From positions 1 to 61,537 of the forward strand of contig JAXHST010000081.1 of NCBI GenBank assembly GCA_034190325.1: a DNA stretch of 61,537 bases, given 5' to 3'. Shown here in pieces: positions 45,927 to 55,517 of the stretch; the stretch's first letter is position 1, and the number at the start of each line of letters is the position of its first letter. The notes under the pieces were generated by a model, which saw only the letters and a program-made list of their open reading frames with translations, was not told the origin of the DNA and did no database searches. Origin of the DNA: Thermoplasmatota archaeon (lineage in GTDB: Archaea > Thermoplasmatota > UBA186 > UBA287). The position numbers and the translations under genes are program-made.

Positions 45927-46730
45927 ATGGAAGGAGTAAATGGAAAAGTGATCTTTATCACGGGAGCTACAGGTGTGATATGCAGTGAAATAGCAAAAGC
46001 GCTTGCTAAAAATGGTGCAAAACTCATTCTGGGCTATCATAAAAAACCTGCAGATGCTTTGCTGGAAGAGATAAAAGGTATTGGCTCAGATGCTATAGCT
46101 GTGAATATAGATGTGGTTGATGGGAAAGATGTGAAAAGAGCTGTGGGTACTGCTATAAGCGCATTTGGCAGGGTTGATGCTCTCATCAATGGTGCAGGGG
46201 GAAACGATCCGAAAGCAACAACGAGCAGCGAAGTGCCATTCTTTGATCTTCCTCTGGAAGAGGTAAAAAAGGTCTTTGATATAAACTTCACAGGAGCTTT
46301 TATATGCTCGCAGGCATTCGGAAGAGCTTTCGCAGAGAAAAAAGGTGGAGTAATCCTCAATATATCATCCATGAGCGCTATAAGACCTATGACAAGGGTT
46401 CCTGCTTACTCTGCTGCCAAGGCAGCGCTGAGCAATTTTACACAATGGCTTGCTGTTGAGATGGCTATGAATTACTCCTCAAACATAAGGGTAAATGCTA
46501 TAGCCCCTGGCTTTTTGTTGACAGAACAGAACAGGCTCCTTCTTTTAAAAGAGAATGGAGATCTCAGTGAGAGAGGGAAGAGGATCATAGAGCATACACC
46601 CCAAGGAAGATTCGGAGAACCAAAGGATATGATAAGCACGGTGCTCTGGCTTCTTTCCTCAGGCTCTGAGTTTGTAACCGGTATAACCGTGCCTGTAGAT
46701 GGGGGCTTTTCTGCATACGCGGGGGTTTAG
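45927..46730 (+). CDS. uxuB: SDR-type D-mannonate oxidoreductase-like (fructuronate reductase)
   Basis: TGATGVICSE Rossmann motif, INGAGGNDPKATT...FFDL insertion typical of SDR-type UxuB, catalytic YSAAK. Confidence 0.6.
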   Translation: MEGVNGKVIFITGATGVICSEIAKALAKNGAKLILGYHKKPADALLEEIKGIGSDAIAVNIDVVDGKDVKRAVGTAISAFGRVDALINGAGGNDPKATTSSEVPFFDLPLEEVKKVFDINFTGAFICSQAFGRAFAEKKGGVILNISSMSAIRPMTRVPAYSAAKAALSNFTQWLAVEMAMNYSSNIRVNAIAPGFLLTEQNRLLLLKENGDLSERGKRIIEHTPQGRFGEPKDMISTVLWLLSSGSEFVTGITVPVDGGFSAYAGV

Positions 46731-46784
46731 AATATAACGTTAAAATCTGGAATAATTATTTATAGAGCGCCCAAGATTATCTCC

Positions 46785-48863
46785 ATGGATCTGCACTCAG
46801 GGAAGGCTATTTTGCAAGTTAGAGACGAAGGCTTTAATATAGCTATGGATGGAAGGACGATTTTAGAGAGCTACGATAGATATCCAATCTCTTACATGAT
46901 GGATGGAGGATGGATTAAAGCAGAAGAATTGCATGAGTCTGAAGGCTCAATCATATTTTCTAAAGGAAAGGTATCTTTCTCTGCACCCGATCGCAATCTA
47001 TTTAGGATATCTTTGTCTGTTGATGGAGCTGAAAAAACAACGCTAAACTTCCGCTCAGCGCAGCACTTTTATGGATTTGGAGAGCGCTTCGATTCCCTGG
47101 ATCAGAGAGGGAAGCGTGTGGAGCTCTGGAACGTTGATGCAGAGGGCCCCAAAAATGGAAGAGCCTATAAGAATGTGCCTTTTTTCCTCACTGAGAGATA
47201 CGGCATTTACATAGATACCACTTCCAGAGTTGTTTTCCATCTGTGTGATGAAGGGGAAGAATATTACTCCATAACCGTCGATGGCCCTGACGTAGATATA
47301 TACATACTATGTGAAAAGGATCCTATGAAGATAATAGAAGCTTATGCCAATCTCTCTGACAAACCACCTCTGCCCCCCAAATGGGTCTTTGCTCCATGGA
47401 AGAGCAGGGATGTACACCACAGCAGTGCAGAGGTCTATGAGGACTTCAAGATGATGAGAGAAAAGGGTATACCATGCGGCGTTCAGGTTATAGATAGCCC
47501 ATGGGAAACCAGGTATAACAATTTCGTTGTTAATAGAAAGCAGTTTCCAGACTTTGAAAGGATGGTTGAGGAGCTTCATGATCTGTGTTACAGGTTATTT
47601 CTGTGGATAACCCCTTTCACAAACATAGAGAGTGATGCAAGCGAGGTTGATGGACAGGAGAGGGAAAAGGCTGAGAACTTCGATTACGCAGAGAAGCACG
47701 GTTATTTCGTAAAAAATAGAGAAGGAGAGCCCTATATTATAGAGTGGTGGAAGGGGAAAGGCGCGCTCATAGACTTTACAAATGAGGAAGCAAAGGAGTG
47801 GTGGAAGGAGCAGCACAGAAAGGTCCTTGCGTATGCGGATGGCTTTAAAACCGATGATGGTGAGTATGTGCCCGAGGATGCAATCTTTTCAAATGGAAAA
47901 AGCGGAAGGGAGATGCATAACCTGTATCCCCTGCTATATAACAGGGCCATATATGAGGCAACAATTGAGGCAAAAGGGGAGGGGCTTGTTTTTGCAAGAA
48001 GCGGATGGGCAGGATCCCAGGTTTATCCATGCGTCTGGGCCGGAGATCAGGGATCAGATTTCTCCTTGGATAATGGTTTGCCTACAGTAATAATTGCCGG
48101 GCAGAGCGCCGGAATGAGCGGTTTTTCGCTCTGGGGGCATGACATAGGAGGCTATGGAGATAAAGGATCCAGCAAGAGGTGCTTTATAAGATGGGCCCAA
48201 CTCGGGGCGTTGAGCCCCATAATGCAGATACACGGAAAAAGGAACACAGAACCATGGAGCTTTGATGATGAGACATTATGCATATACAGAAAATATGCGA
48301 AGCTGCACACCTCTCTATTTCCTTACATCTACAGTTACGCAAGACAAGCATCTGAGAGAGGTCTCCCTATCATAAGGAGCCTGTTCCTTCTTTACCCGGA
48401 GGATGAAAGAGCGCATAAGGAGGTCTATGAGTACTTTTTGGGTAATGAACTGCTTGTGGCACCCATATATGATGAGAGCGATGAGAGAGTTGTTTATCTG
48501 CCTTCCGGGCTATGGGTAGATTTCTGGACTAAGGAGAGCTATAAGGGTCCTACGGATATGATATACAGAGCGCCTTTAGATAAGATCCCTCTGTTCGTTA
48601 AGGGTGGTGCGATATTGCCGTTCATGGGCGATGAGGTAGATTCCCTGGAGGGGTATGACGATAAGAGAATGAGAATAGAGGTCTATCCTTCAAGCAAAAC
48701 GGATTTTGAGCTTTATGACGGAACAGAGTTGCGTCTTGAGAATGAAGTCCTGCACATAGCAGGAAAAAAGAGGAGAGAGTACATCATAGACGTCTTTGCA
48801 AGACAGAATTTTAGAAGGGTTGTTGAGGGCTCTACCATGGACATAGATGTCAAGATGGCATAA
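46785..48863 (+). CDS. Glycoside hydrolase family 31 (alpha-xylosidase/alpha-glucosidase-like)
   Basis: 692 aa; FYGFGERF, catalytic-nucleophile region DGFKTDDGEYVP (YicI-like KTDFGE), VWAGDQ, WGHDIGG. Confidence 0.75.
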   Translation: MDLHSGKAILQVRDEGFNIAMDGRTILESYDRYPISYMMDGGWIKAEELHESEGSIIFSKGKVSFSAPDRNLFRISLSVDGAEKTTLNFRSAQHFYGFGERFDSLDQRGKRVELWNVDAEGPKNGRAYKNVPFFLTERYGIYIDTTSRVVFHLCDEGEEYYSITVDGPDVDIYILCEKDPMKIIEAYANLSDKPPLPPKWVFAPWKSRDVHHSSAEVYEDFKMMREKGIPCGVQVIDSPWETRYNNFVVNRKQFPDFERMVEELHDLCYRLFLWITPFTNIESDASEVDGQEREKAENFDYAEKHGYFVKNREGEPYIIEWWKGKGALIDFTNEEAKEWWKEQHRKVLAYADGFKTDDGEYVPEDAIFSNGKSGREMHNLYPLLYNRAIYEATIEAKGEGLVFARSGWAGSQVYPCVWAGDQGSDFSLDNGLPTVIIAGQSAGMSGFSLWGHDIGGYGDKGSSKRCFIRWAQLGALSPIMQIHGKRNTEPWSFDDETLCIYRKYAKLHTSLFPYIYSYARQASERGLPIIRSLFLLYPEDERAHKEVYEYFLGNELLVAPIYDESDERVVYLPSGLWVDFWTKESYKGPTDMIYRAPLDKIPLFVKGGAILPFMGDEVDSLEGYDDKRMRIEVYPSSKTDFELYDGTELRLENEVLHIAGKKRREYIIDVFARQNFRRVVEGSTMDIDVKMA

Positions 48864-48873
48864 GTCTAGAGTG

Positions 48874-50418
48874 TTATAGTGATATTATAACTGCGAGAGC
48901 GCCAAATATGGAAAGAGTAACAAGGCAGGCAACTATGAAGCCTGCCCATGTCTCCCTCTTTGGCCAGCCTATATCAAGGAACAACTTTCTGTACTCTTTT
49001 TTGTCCTCCCCGCTATAGATCCTGTTGAGGAACTCTTTTCTATTCTCAGGCGCTGTTAGAAGGCTTACAACTATGGTTAATGCTATCCCCATGGTAAGAA
49101 AGAGAAATACCTCTAAAGCATACCCTATGCCCAGAGATCTGCATACAAGAAATGTTGCTGAAGAGGAGAGGAAGCCAGCCCATGCGCCCTTTGAGTTTAT
49201 CCTGTGCCATGCAACCCCAAGCCACCACGATATGCCCGTAAAGCCCAGGATCTCAGCCATTATCTTTATCCCCTCAACAACGCTTGGCAGAAAGAAGGCG
49301 AAGAGAACTGAAGCAAGAGCTATCATAAAGGAAAAAAGCCTTCCGTATTTAAGGTACTCTTTTTCCTCCCTTCCTGGGCGTAGACCAGAGTAAACCTGCG
49401 TCATGAGCGCTCCTCCATCAATCATGTAGCTATCTACACTGCTCATCCCCATCGCCATGAAGCTTGCTATCACAAGTCCTGTTATGCCGGTGGGAAGAAA
49501 ATCGTGTATGACGTATCCAAACAACATCTCCCTATTTACCAGGGCGGGGTATATTATGAAGCCTGCCACTCCAACTATGGCCCATGCTATCGTGCAGAAG
49601 CGCTTTAATGTCATTCCGTATGTGACTCCAATCCTGCTCCCAAGTTCATTGCGTGCGCTGCCACAGATCTCCATGTGGTGTGGCTGACAGGGCCATGAAG
49701 CAAGCTGCGCTATTATAAGCGCGATTATGTAGCCCAGAGTGAGCTCATGTGGGGCTACCATGGACAGGTAGCTCGCAGGCAGGGCTTCATTCATCGCATG
49801 CATACCACCAACATGCGAGATTACAGGTATCAGCAGCCCGAATGAGAATATTATTATCATAAATCCCTGTATGAAGTCTGTTATGACTGCAGCTTTGAGA
49901 CCGCCGGATATGCCGTATATCACGAAAACAACGAACATTATGATGATCGAAAGCTCAATACTCACAGCGCCGAGCGTAGCTGCGCTTATGACTCTACCTG
50001 TGGCCTGCAGTATGGTCCCTATATATACAAAGTAGAAAACAGCGCCCATAAATGCATACGCTATAGAGAAGCTCTTTGAGAATCGCTCTTCAAAGAAATC
50101 CGCTGTTGTTAAACATTTGCTCCTTCTGAATATGGGCGCAAGTATCCAGAAAAAAGGGGTTAGTGGAAGGAGGTTGAACTGATACCATATGCCTGAGTAG
50201 CCAGCAGAGTAGCATGCTCCCGCGATTGCTACAGGATGGTCGCTTGCTGTTCCTGTTCCGAACATGTGCATTAAAGAATAGCCCCAATTAAATCTTCTTT
50301 CACCCATAAAAAAAGACTCTCTACTTTTAGCCGCAGTTCTTGACTCAAATAAGCCTATCAGCACCATAATAAAAAGGTATATGCCCACAACAGAGAGATC
50401 TATAAAAAGCTCTTCCAT
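48874..50418 (-). CDS. Sodium:solute symporter (SSS family)
   Basis: 514 aa, 13-14 TM, SSS-like N-terminal region (FFMGERRFNWGYSLMHMFGTGTAS). Confidence 0.7.
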   Translation of the reverse strand: MEELFIDLSVVGIYLFIMVLIGLFESRTAAKSRESFFMGERRFNWGYSLMHMFGTGTASDHPVAIAGACYSAGYSGIWYQFNLLPLTPFFWILAPIFRRSKCLTTADFFEERFSKSFSIAYAFMGAVFYFVYIGTILQATGRVISAATLGAVSIELSIIIMFVVFVIYGISGGLKAAVITDFIQGFMIIIFSFGLLIPVISHVGGMHAMNEALPASYLSMVAPHELTLGYIIALIIAQLASWPCQPHHMEICGSARNELGSRIGVTYGMTLKRFCTIAWAIVGVAGFIIYPALVNREMLFGYVIHDFLPTGITGLVIASFMAMGMSSVDSYMIDGGALMTQVYSGLRPGREEKEYLKYGRLFSFMIALASVLFAFFLPSVVEGIKIMAEILGFTGISWWLGVAWHRINSKGAWAGFLSSSATFLVCRSLGIGYALEVFLFLTMGIALTIVVSLLTAPENRKEFLNRIYSGEDKKEYRKLFLDIGWPKRETWAGFIVACLVTLSIFGALAVIISL

Positions 50419-50534
50419 ACCTTTTATTTCCTCTCTTTTATATATAATTTCCTTTCCTATGCACCTCTATTCTCCTTGAAAGAGGTTTAAAGCTTAAACC
50501 AAATCTTTTAATACAAAAACTTTGATTTAACCCC

Positions 50535-51173
50535 ATGGGGGAGATAGAGGAAACGTTAAAGGAGATAGAAAAAGAGGGCATAATAGCAATAATAAGATGC
50601 AACGATGATGAGGAAGCTCTGAAGCTTGCTGAGGCTATAAGGGCCGGGGGCATAAAGCTCATAGAGATCACTATGACTGTACCAAATGCCATTGGAGTTC
50701 TTAGAGAGCTGTCGGGTAGGGAGGATATTGTTGTTGGCTCAGGCACGGTTCTTGAACCGAGCACCGCAGCGCTATGCATCGCAGAAGGAGCAAAGTTCAT
50801 AGTGAGCCCTGCTTTTGATGAAGAGACAGTAAAACTCTGCAACAGGAACGATGTTCTATGCATCCCTGGCATAGGGAGCGTGACTGAAGCTCTAAGAGCT
50901 TTTGAGATAGGGGCAAGGGCTGTTAAGCTATTTCCTAGCGAGGTTCTGGGAAAGGAGTTTATCAAAGCGATTAGAAGGCCTTTGCCATACGCCAGGGTAA
51001 TACCTACGGGAGGGGTTTCTTTAGGGAATGTGAACGATTGGTTTAGCGCTGGAGCATTTGCCATAGGTGTTGGTGGCGCTCTGACAGCGCCCGGGGAAAA
51101 AGGCTATGAGTGCATAAAGGAGCTTGCAGGAAAGTTTGTTCTGGAGATAAAAAAGGTCAGGGGACAAAAATGA
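50535..51173 (+). CDS. eda: 2-keto-3-deoxy-(6-phospho)gluconate aldolase (Eda/KDPG aldolase)
   Basis: IIAIIRC...GGIKLIEITMTVPNA...VGSGTVL...IVSP...IPG..TVTE...GARAVKLFP...IPTGGV; class I aldolase Lys in VKLFP. Confidence 0.85.
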   Translation: MGEIEETLKEIEKEGIIAIIRCNDDEEALKLAEAIRAGGIKLIEITMTVPNAIGVLRELSGREDIVVGSGTVLEPSTAALCIAEGAKFIVSPAFDEETVKLCNRNDVLCIPGIGSVTEALRAFEIGARAVKLFPSEVLGKEFIKAIRRPLPYARVIPTGGVSLGNVNDWFSAGAFAIGVGGALTAPGEKGYECIKELAGKFVLEIKKVRGQK

Positions 51174-52156
51174 GAGTTGGAATAACTATGTTCAGAGAGA
51201 TAACGGAAGAAAAAGCAAAGCTGGCCCGGCAGCTGGGCGTTAGTTCTTTAGTAGTGCATACACCCGATCTGGGAGGCGAGGGCTACTGGAGGTTCTCTGA
51301 TCTTCTCCATCTTAAGGAGCATGCGAGAGCTGAGGGGCTAGAGCTTGTTGCTATAGAGAACATGCCCAGAAGCTGGTATGATAAAATAATGCTCGGTTTA
51401 GAGGGCAAAGAAGAGCAGATAGAGTGCTGGTGCAGGACCTTAGAAAATATGGGCAAGGCCGGTATAAAGGTACTGGGATATGACTGGATGCTGGGGGGAG
51501 TTTCAAGGACATGCATGCATTCAAAGGGCAGGGGTGGAGCCAGGGTAACAGAGTTCGATTACGAACTTGTCAGGAATGCTCCCGCTGAGAAGATGGATGC
51601 GCAGTATGCAGATGCTCTGCTAATGAATATAAGCGCCGAGGATCTGTGGAAGAACTGCCTTGCATTTTTGAAAGAAGTCATTCCTGTGGCTGAGAGCTCA
51701 GGTGTTGTTATGGCTCTGCACCCAGATGATCCTCCTATATCGCAGCTTGGAGGTATGAACAGGATATTCTGCAGCGTTGATGCTTTCAAAAAATCTATGG
51801 AAGAGGTACCAAGCGAAAGCAACAGGATCGAATTCTGTCAGGGAACGTTCGCAGAGATGGGGTGCGATATCTATGGAACCATCAAAGCTTTCGGTAAAAG
51901 GATTGCCTATGCGCATCTGAGGAATGTGAAGGGCAGAGTACCAAAGTTCTCAGAGGCTTTTATAGATGAAGGGGATATAGATATGCTTGAGGCTATGAGA
52001 GCTTATAAAGAGGGAGGCTTTGATGGTCTTCTATTACCGGATCATCCTCCAGTCATGGTAGGCGATGAGATATGGAGCCCATTTTTCCCTGTGGGAGGGG
52101 ACAGGGGGTGGAGCTATACTATAGGTTATATAAAAGGTCTGCTGAGGGCACTATGA
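51170..52156 (+). CDS. uxuA: Mannonate dehydratase
   Basis: UxuA-like TIM barrel (ALHPDDPP, FCQGTFAEMG, YAHLRNVKG, LPDHPP). ATGA overlap with the eda stop; the track's 51110 extension was rejected. Confidence 0.75.
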   Translation: MRVGITMFREITEEKAKLARQLGVSSLVVHTPDLGGEGYWRFSDLLHLKEHARAEGLELVAIENMPRSWYDKIMLGLEGKEEQIECWCRTLENMGKAGIKVLGYDWMLGGVSRTCMHSKGRGGARVTEFDYELVRNAPAEKMDAQYADALLMNISAEDLWKNCLAFLKEVIPVAESSGVVMALHPDDPPISQLGGMNRIFCSVDAFKKSMEEVPSESNRIEFCQGTFAEMGCDIYGTIKAFGKRIAYAHLRNVKGRVPKFSEAFIDEGDIDMLEAMRAYKEGGFDGLLLPDHPPVMVGDEIWSPFFPVGGDRGWSYTIGYIKGLLRAL

Positions 52157-53808
52157 GCGAGATATTCAAAGCTCCAGAATGGTCACTGAACAGGTCTCTA
52201 TTAAAATCCATGGGTAAAACGGATGAGGATCTCGATAAGCCTATAGTGGGCATAGCGAACTCATGGAATGAGATAGCACCGGGGCACTGTCCCCTAAGAG
52301 AAATAGCGCATATGGTGAAAAATGGCATAATTGCTTGTGGAGGGACACCCTTAGAGTTCGGGACAATAACAGTCTGTGACGGGATAGCACAGGGACATGA
52401 GGGAATGCGTTATTCTCTTGTCTCCAGAGAGATAATAGCAGCCAGCGTTGAAACAATGTATAGAGCACACAGACTTGATGGTCTGGTATTGCTTGCTTCC
52501 TGTGACAAAGCTGTGCCGGGGATGCTTATGGCTGCGGCAAGGGTGAATGCCCCCTCTATACTTGTTAACTCTGGTCCTATGCTCTCCGGGCATTTTGAGA
52601 AGTGCAATCCGTATGGTGGCTCTCTTGTTGATAGCTCTGCTGTTGAAGAGTGTTACGGTGCTTTTCTTGAAGGAAGGCTAACTGAAGAAGAATACAGAGA
52701 TCTTGAGAACAAAGCCTGTCCCTCTCCAGGCTCATGTGCCATGCTCGGTACAGCAAACACGATGTCCTTTGCCTCAGAGGCTATGGGCATGAGCCTTCCT
52801 GGCAGCTCAACAATTCCACCTACAGACGCTGAGAGGTTCAGGGTTTCCGAAGAAAGTGGCAGAGCCCTTATGGAAATGATCAGAAAAGGGATAAAGGCTA
52901 GGGATATAATGAACAAGCGGTCTATCGAAAACGCTATAAGAGTTGTCCTGGCTATAGGCGGCTCTACAAACTTTGTTCTTCACATCTTAGCTATAGCTAA
53001 AGAGGCAAATGTAGATCTCTCTTTAGCCGATATTGAAAAGCTATCAGATTCAACACCAACGATAGCCTCCATAATGCCCTCCAGCCCCTTTGGCTGTGCT
53101 GAATTTCATTATGCAGGTGGCATGAGGGCTGTGATGAAGGAGATGCAGGGTCTGCTGCATCTGGATGCTCTATGTGTTAATGGAAAAGCCATAGGGGAAA
53201 ACATTGCGGGTGCTGAAGTGAAGGATAGCAGGATCATAAAGAGTCTTAGAGAGCCTTTTAATAAAACCGGGGGGTTAACGGTGCTCAGGGGCAACATAGC
53301 GCCAAGGGGTGCTATAGCAAAGCCTTCAGCCATTCCAAAGGATCTGTTCTTTTTTGAAGGGAACGCAAAGGTGTTTGATGGCGAAAAAGAGGCAATAGAT
53401 GCCATAGCAAAAGAAAAAATAGAAGATGGAGATGTTGTTGTCATAAGATATGAAGGGCCAAAGGCATCCGGTATGCCCGAGATGTTCAAACCTATGAAGC
53501 TTATGAGAGGAAGGAACATAAGGGCTGCTCTCATAACTGATGGTCGCTTCTCAGGATCAAACAATGGGCTCTTCGTCGGGCATGTAAGCCCTGAAGCTAT
53601 GGAGAATGGGCCCATAGCCTTTGTGGAAGATGGAGATGCTATCATTATAGATCTCGAGAAAAAAAGGATAGATAATATGGCTAGCGATTTTGCTGAGAGA
53701 GCCAGGAGAGAAAGAAAAAGAGAGGATAAAAAGCCAAAAGACGGGGTTTTAGCGATCTACTCAAAGCTTGCGAGCTCAGCAGATAAGGGCGCAGTAATCG
53801 AGGGATAA
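52153..53808 (+). CDS. IlvD/Edd-family sugar-acid dehydratase, paralog 1
   Basis: CDGIAQGHEGMRYSL, SCDKAVPG, PSPGSCAMLGTANTM, ITDGRFSG, GHVSPEA. ATGA overlap with the uxuA stop. Substrate not assignable from sequence alone. Confidence 0.8.
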   Translation: MSEIFKAPEWSLNRSLLKSMGKTDEDLDKPIVGIANSWNEIAPGHCPLREIAHMVKNGIIACGGTPLEFGTITVCDGIAQGHEGMRYSLVSREIIAASVETMYRAHRLDGLVLLASCDKAVPGMLMAAARVNAPSILVNSGPMLSGHFEKCNPYGGSLVDSSAVEECYGAFLEGRLTEEEYRDLENKACPSPGSCAMLGTANTMSFASEAMGMSLPGSSTIPPTDAERFRVSEESGRALMEMIRKGIKARDIMNKRSIENAIRVVLAIGGSTNFVLHILAIAKEANVDLSLADIEKLSDSTPTIASIMPSSPFGCAEFHYAGGMRAVMKEMQGLLHLDALCVNGKAIGENIAGAEVKDSRIIKSLREPFNKTGGLTVLRGNIAPRGAIAKPSAIPKDLFFFEGNAKVFDGEKEAIDAIAKEKIEDGDVVVIRYEGPKASGMPEMFKPMKLMRGRNIRAALITDGRFSGSNNGLFVGHVSPEAMENGPIAFVEDGDAIIIDLEKKRIDNMASDFAERARRERKREDKKPKDGVLAIYSKLASSADKGAVIEG

Positions 53809-53809
53809 A

Positions 53810-55516
53810 ATGATGAAAAGCAGAACAGCAAGAAAAAAAGGGTACGAGATCGATCCGCTGCGCTATGCAATGGATTGGAGTGCAGAGGACTTAGGGAAGC
53901 CACAGATCCTTGTTGAAAGCACCTACGGGCAGAGCCACCCGGGCAGCTATCATCTCAAAGAGCTCGTTGAGGAGGTGGATAAGGGTATTTTCTCCAGGGG
54001 AATGAAGCCTGCAGACTTCTTTGCTACGGATATATGTGACGGGATAGCACAGGGACATGAGGGAATGCGTTATTCCCTTGTTTCCAGAGAGATAATAGCA
54101 GCCATGGTTGAGATACATGCGAAGGCTGAGGCTTTTGATGGGATTGTGTTTATAAGCTCCTGCGATAAAGCCATACCTGCGCATCTGATGGCTTTAGCCA
54201 GGCTAGATCTGCCCTCCATATTTGTGCCCGGGGGCTCGATGATAACTGGCATAGAGGACCTCACTTTGGAGCAGGTAGGTAAATACGCAACAATGCTTGA
54301 GAGGAAAGAGATGACCGAAGAAGAATATGATTTTTTATCTCTCAACTCATGCGCTAGCTGCGGTGCATGCCAGTTCATGGGAACAGCCAGCACCATGCAG
54401 TGCATGGCTGAAGCCCTGGGCTTGGCGCTTCCAGGGAGCGCCCTCATACCTGCAAGCTTGAGCCTGCTTGGGAAGAATGCAAGGATGTCCGGGGAAGAGA
54501 TGGCAATGCTTATAGAGAATGATCTCAGGCCTAAAGAGATACTCAGTGAGAAGAGCTTCATGAATGCAATAATGGTTCATGCTGCTACAGGGGGATCAAC
54601 AAATGCTCTTCTCCATCTTCCAGCTATAGCGCATGAGGCTGGTTTAAGGATAGATGGAGAGCTCTTCGATGAAATAAACAGAAAGATGCCTTATATAGCG
54701 AACATAAGGCCTAGTGGAAGTTATGCGACAGAGTATTTCTGGTATGCTGGTGGGGTGCCAGCGGTAATAAAAGAGCTGAAGGATAGGTTATATCTAGAAA
54801 CCATGACAGTAACAGGCAAAACCCTGGGAGAAAATCTCAAAACTTTAGAGGAAAAAGGTTATTTCAAAAAGGCTGATGGTTTTCTGGGAAAATTCAGGAT
54901 CGGTAGGAGAGAGATCATAAAAAGTTTGGAAAAACCTCTGAGAGAAGAGGGGGCAGTGGCTATTTTGAAGGGCAACATCGCTCCTGAAGGCTCTGTTGTC
55001 AAGCAATCAGCTGTGCATGAGCTCTTCTTTGAGGGCTATGCAAGGGTTTTTGATTGTGAAGAGGATGCGTACAGAGCTGTTCTGGACGGAAAAATAGAGG
55101 ATGGAAGTGTTATCGTTGTGAGATATGAAGGGCCAAAGGCATCTGGCATGCCTGAGATGTTCTACACCACAGAAGCTTTAGCTTCAACGCAGAGCAATGT
55201 AGCGCTCATAACTGATGGTCGCTTCTCAGGGGCAACAAGGGGCCCATGCGTAGGGCACATAAGCCCTGAGGCTATTGTTGGTGGACCCATAGCTTTTGTT
55301 GAAGATGGTGATGTCATCAGGATAGACATAAAAAACAGGAAGATAGATGTTGTCTCAGCTGAGAGTGTATCGGAAATGTTCAAAAAGAGGAGTGCTGAAG
55401 TTGAAAAAAAGATCAAAAGAGTTGAAAGGGATAGGAGAAAAGGTAAAAATGGTATTCTGCCCATCTACTCCAAACTGGCTGTATCGGCGATGAAGGGCGC
55501 CTACATGGAGGTGTAA
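53810..55516 (+). CDS. IlvD/Edd-family sugar-acid dehydratase, paralog 2
   Basis: CDGIAQGHEGMRYSL, SCDKAIPA, CASCGACQFMGTASTM, ITDGRFSGATRG, GHISPEA. Starts 2 nt after the paralog 1 stop. Confidence 0.8.
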   Translation: MMKSRTARKKGYEIDPLRYAMDWSAEDLGKPQILVESTYGQSHPGSYHLKELVEEVDKGIFSRGMKPADFFATDICDGIAQGHEGMRYSLVSREIIAAMVEIHAKAEAFDGIVFISSCDKAIPAHLMALARLDLPSIFVPGGSMITGIEDLTLEQVGKYATMLERKEMTEEEYDFLSLNSCASCGACQFMGTASTMQCMAEALGLALPGSALIPASLSLLGKNARMSGEEMAMLIENDLRPKEILSEKSFMNAIMVHAATGGSTNALLHLPAIAHEAGLRIDGELFDEINRKMPYIANIRPSGSYATEYFWYAGGVPAVIKELKDRLYLETMTVTGKTLGENLKTLEEKGYFKKADGFLGKFRIGRREIIKSLEKPLREEGAVAILKGNIAPEGSVVKQSAVHELFFEGYARVFDCEEDAYRAVLDGKIEDGSVIVVRYEGPKASGMPEMFYTTEALASTQSNVALITDGRFSGATRGPCVGHISPEAIVGGPIAFVEDGDVIRIDIKNRKIDVVSAESVSEMFKKRSAEVEKKIKRVERDRRKGKNGILPIYSKLAVSAMKGAYMEV

Positions 55517-55517
55517 A

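Noticed and set aside
50484-50500. Inverted repeat GGTTTAA-agc-TTAAACC just upstream of a TATA-like CTTTTAATA before eda. Also short inverted repeats CCAGC-tt-GCTGG and AGTATT-caa-AATACT in the uxaE/uxuB divergent region (45823-45926).
   Set aside because: 7 bp and 5-6 bp arms are expected several times by chance in a window this size. The motifs are not shared between the promoters of the island, and no regulator gene is present to link them to.
46785-55516. Possibility that GH31, SDR, IlvD/Edd dehydratase, Eda-type aldolase and a Na+ symporter form a sulfoquinovose (sulfo-ED) pathway.
   Set aside because: The cluster also has UxuA, a UxaE-like protein, KdgK and GntP, which fit hexuronate/aldonate catabolism. 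No sulfolactaldehyde dehydrogenase, lactonase or sulfonate exporter is present. The GH31 nucleophile region (FKTDDGE) and the IDSPWETRYNNF segment look YicI-like rather than what I recall of YihQ sulfoquinovosidases. This cannot be fully excluded without residue-level alignment.
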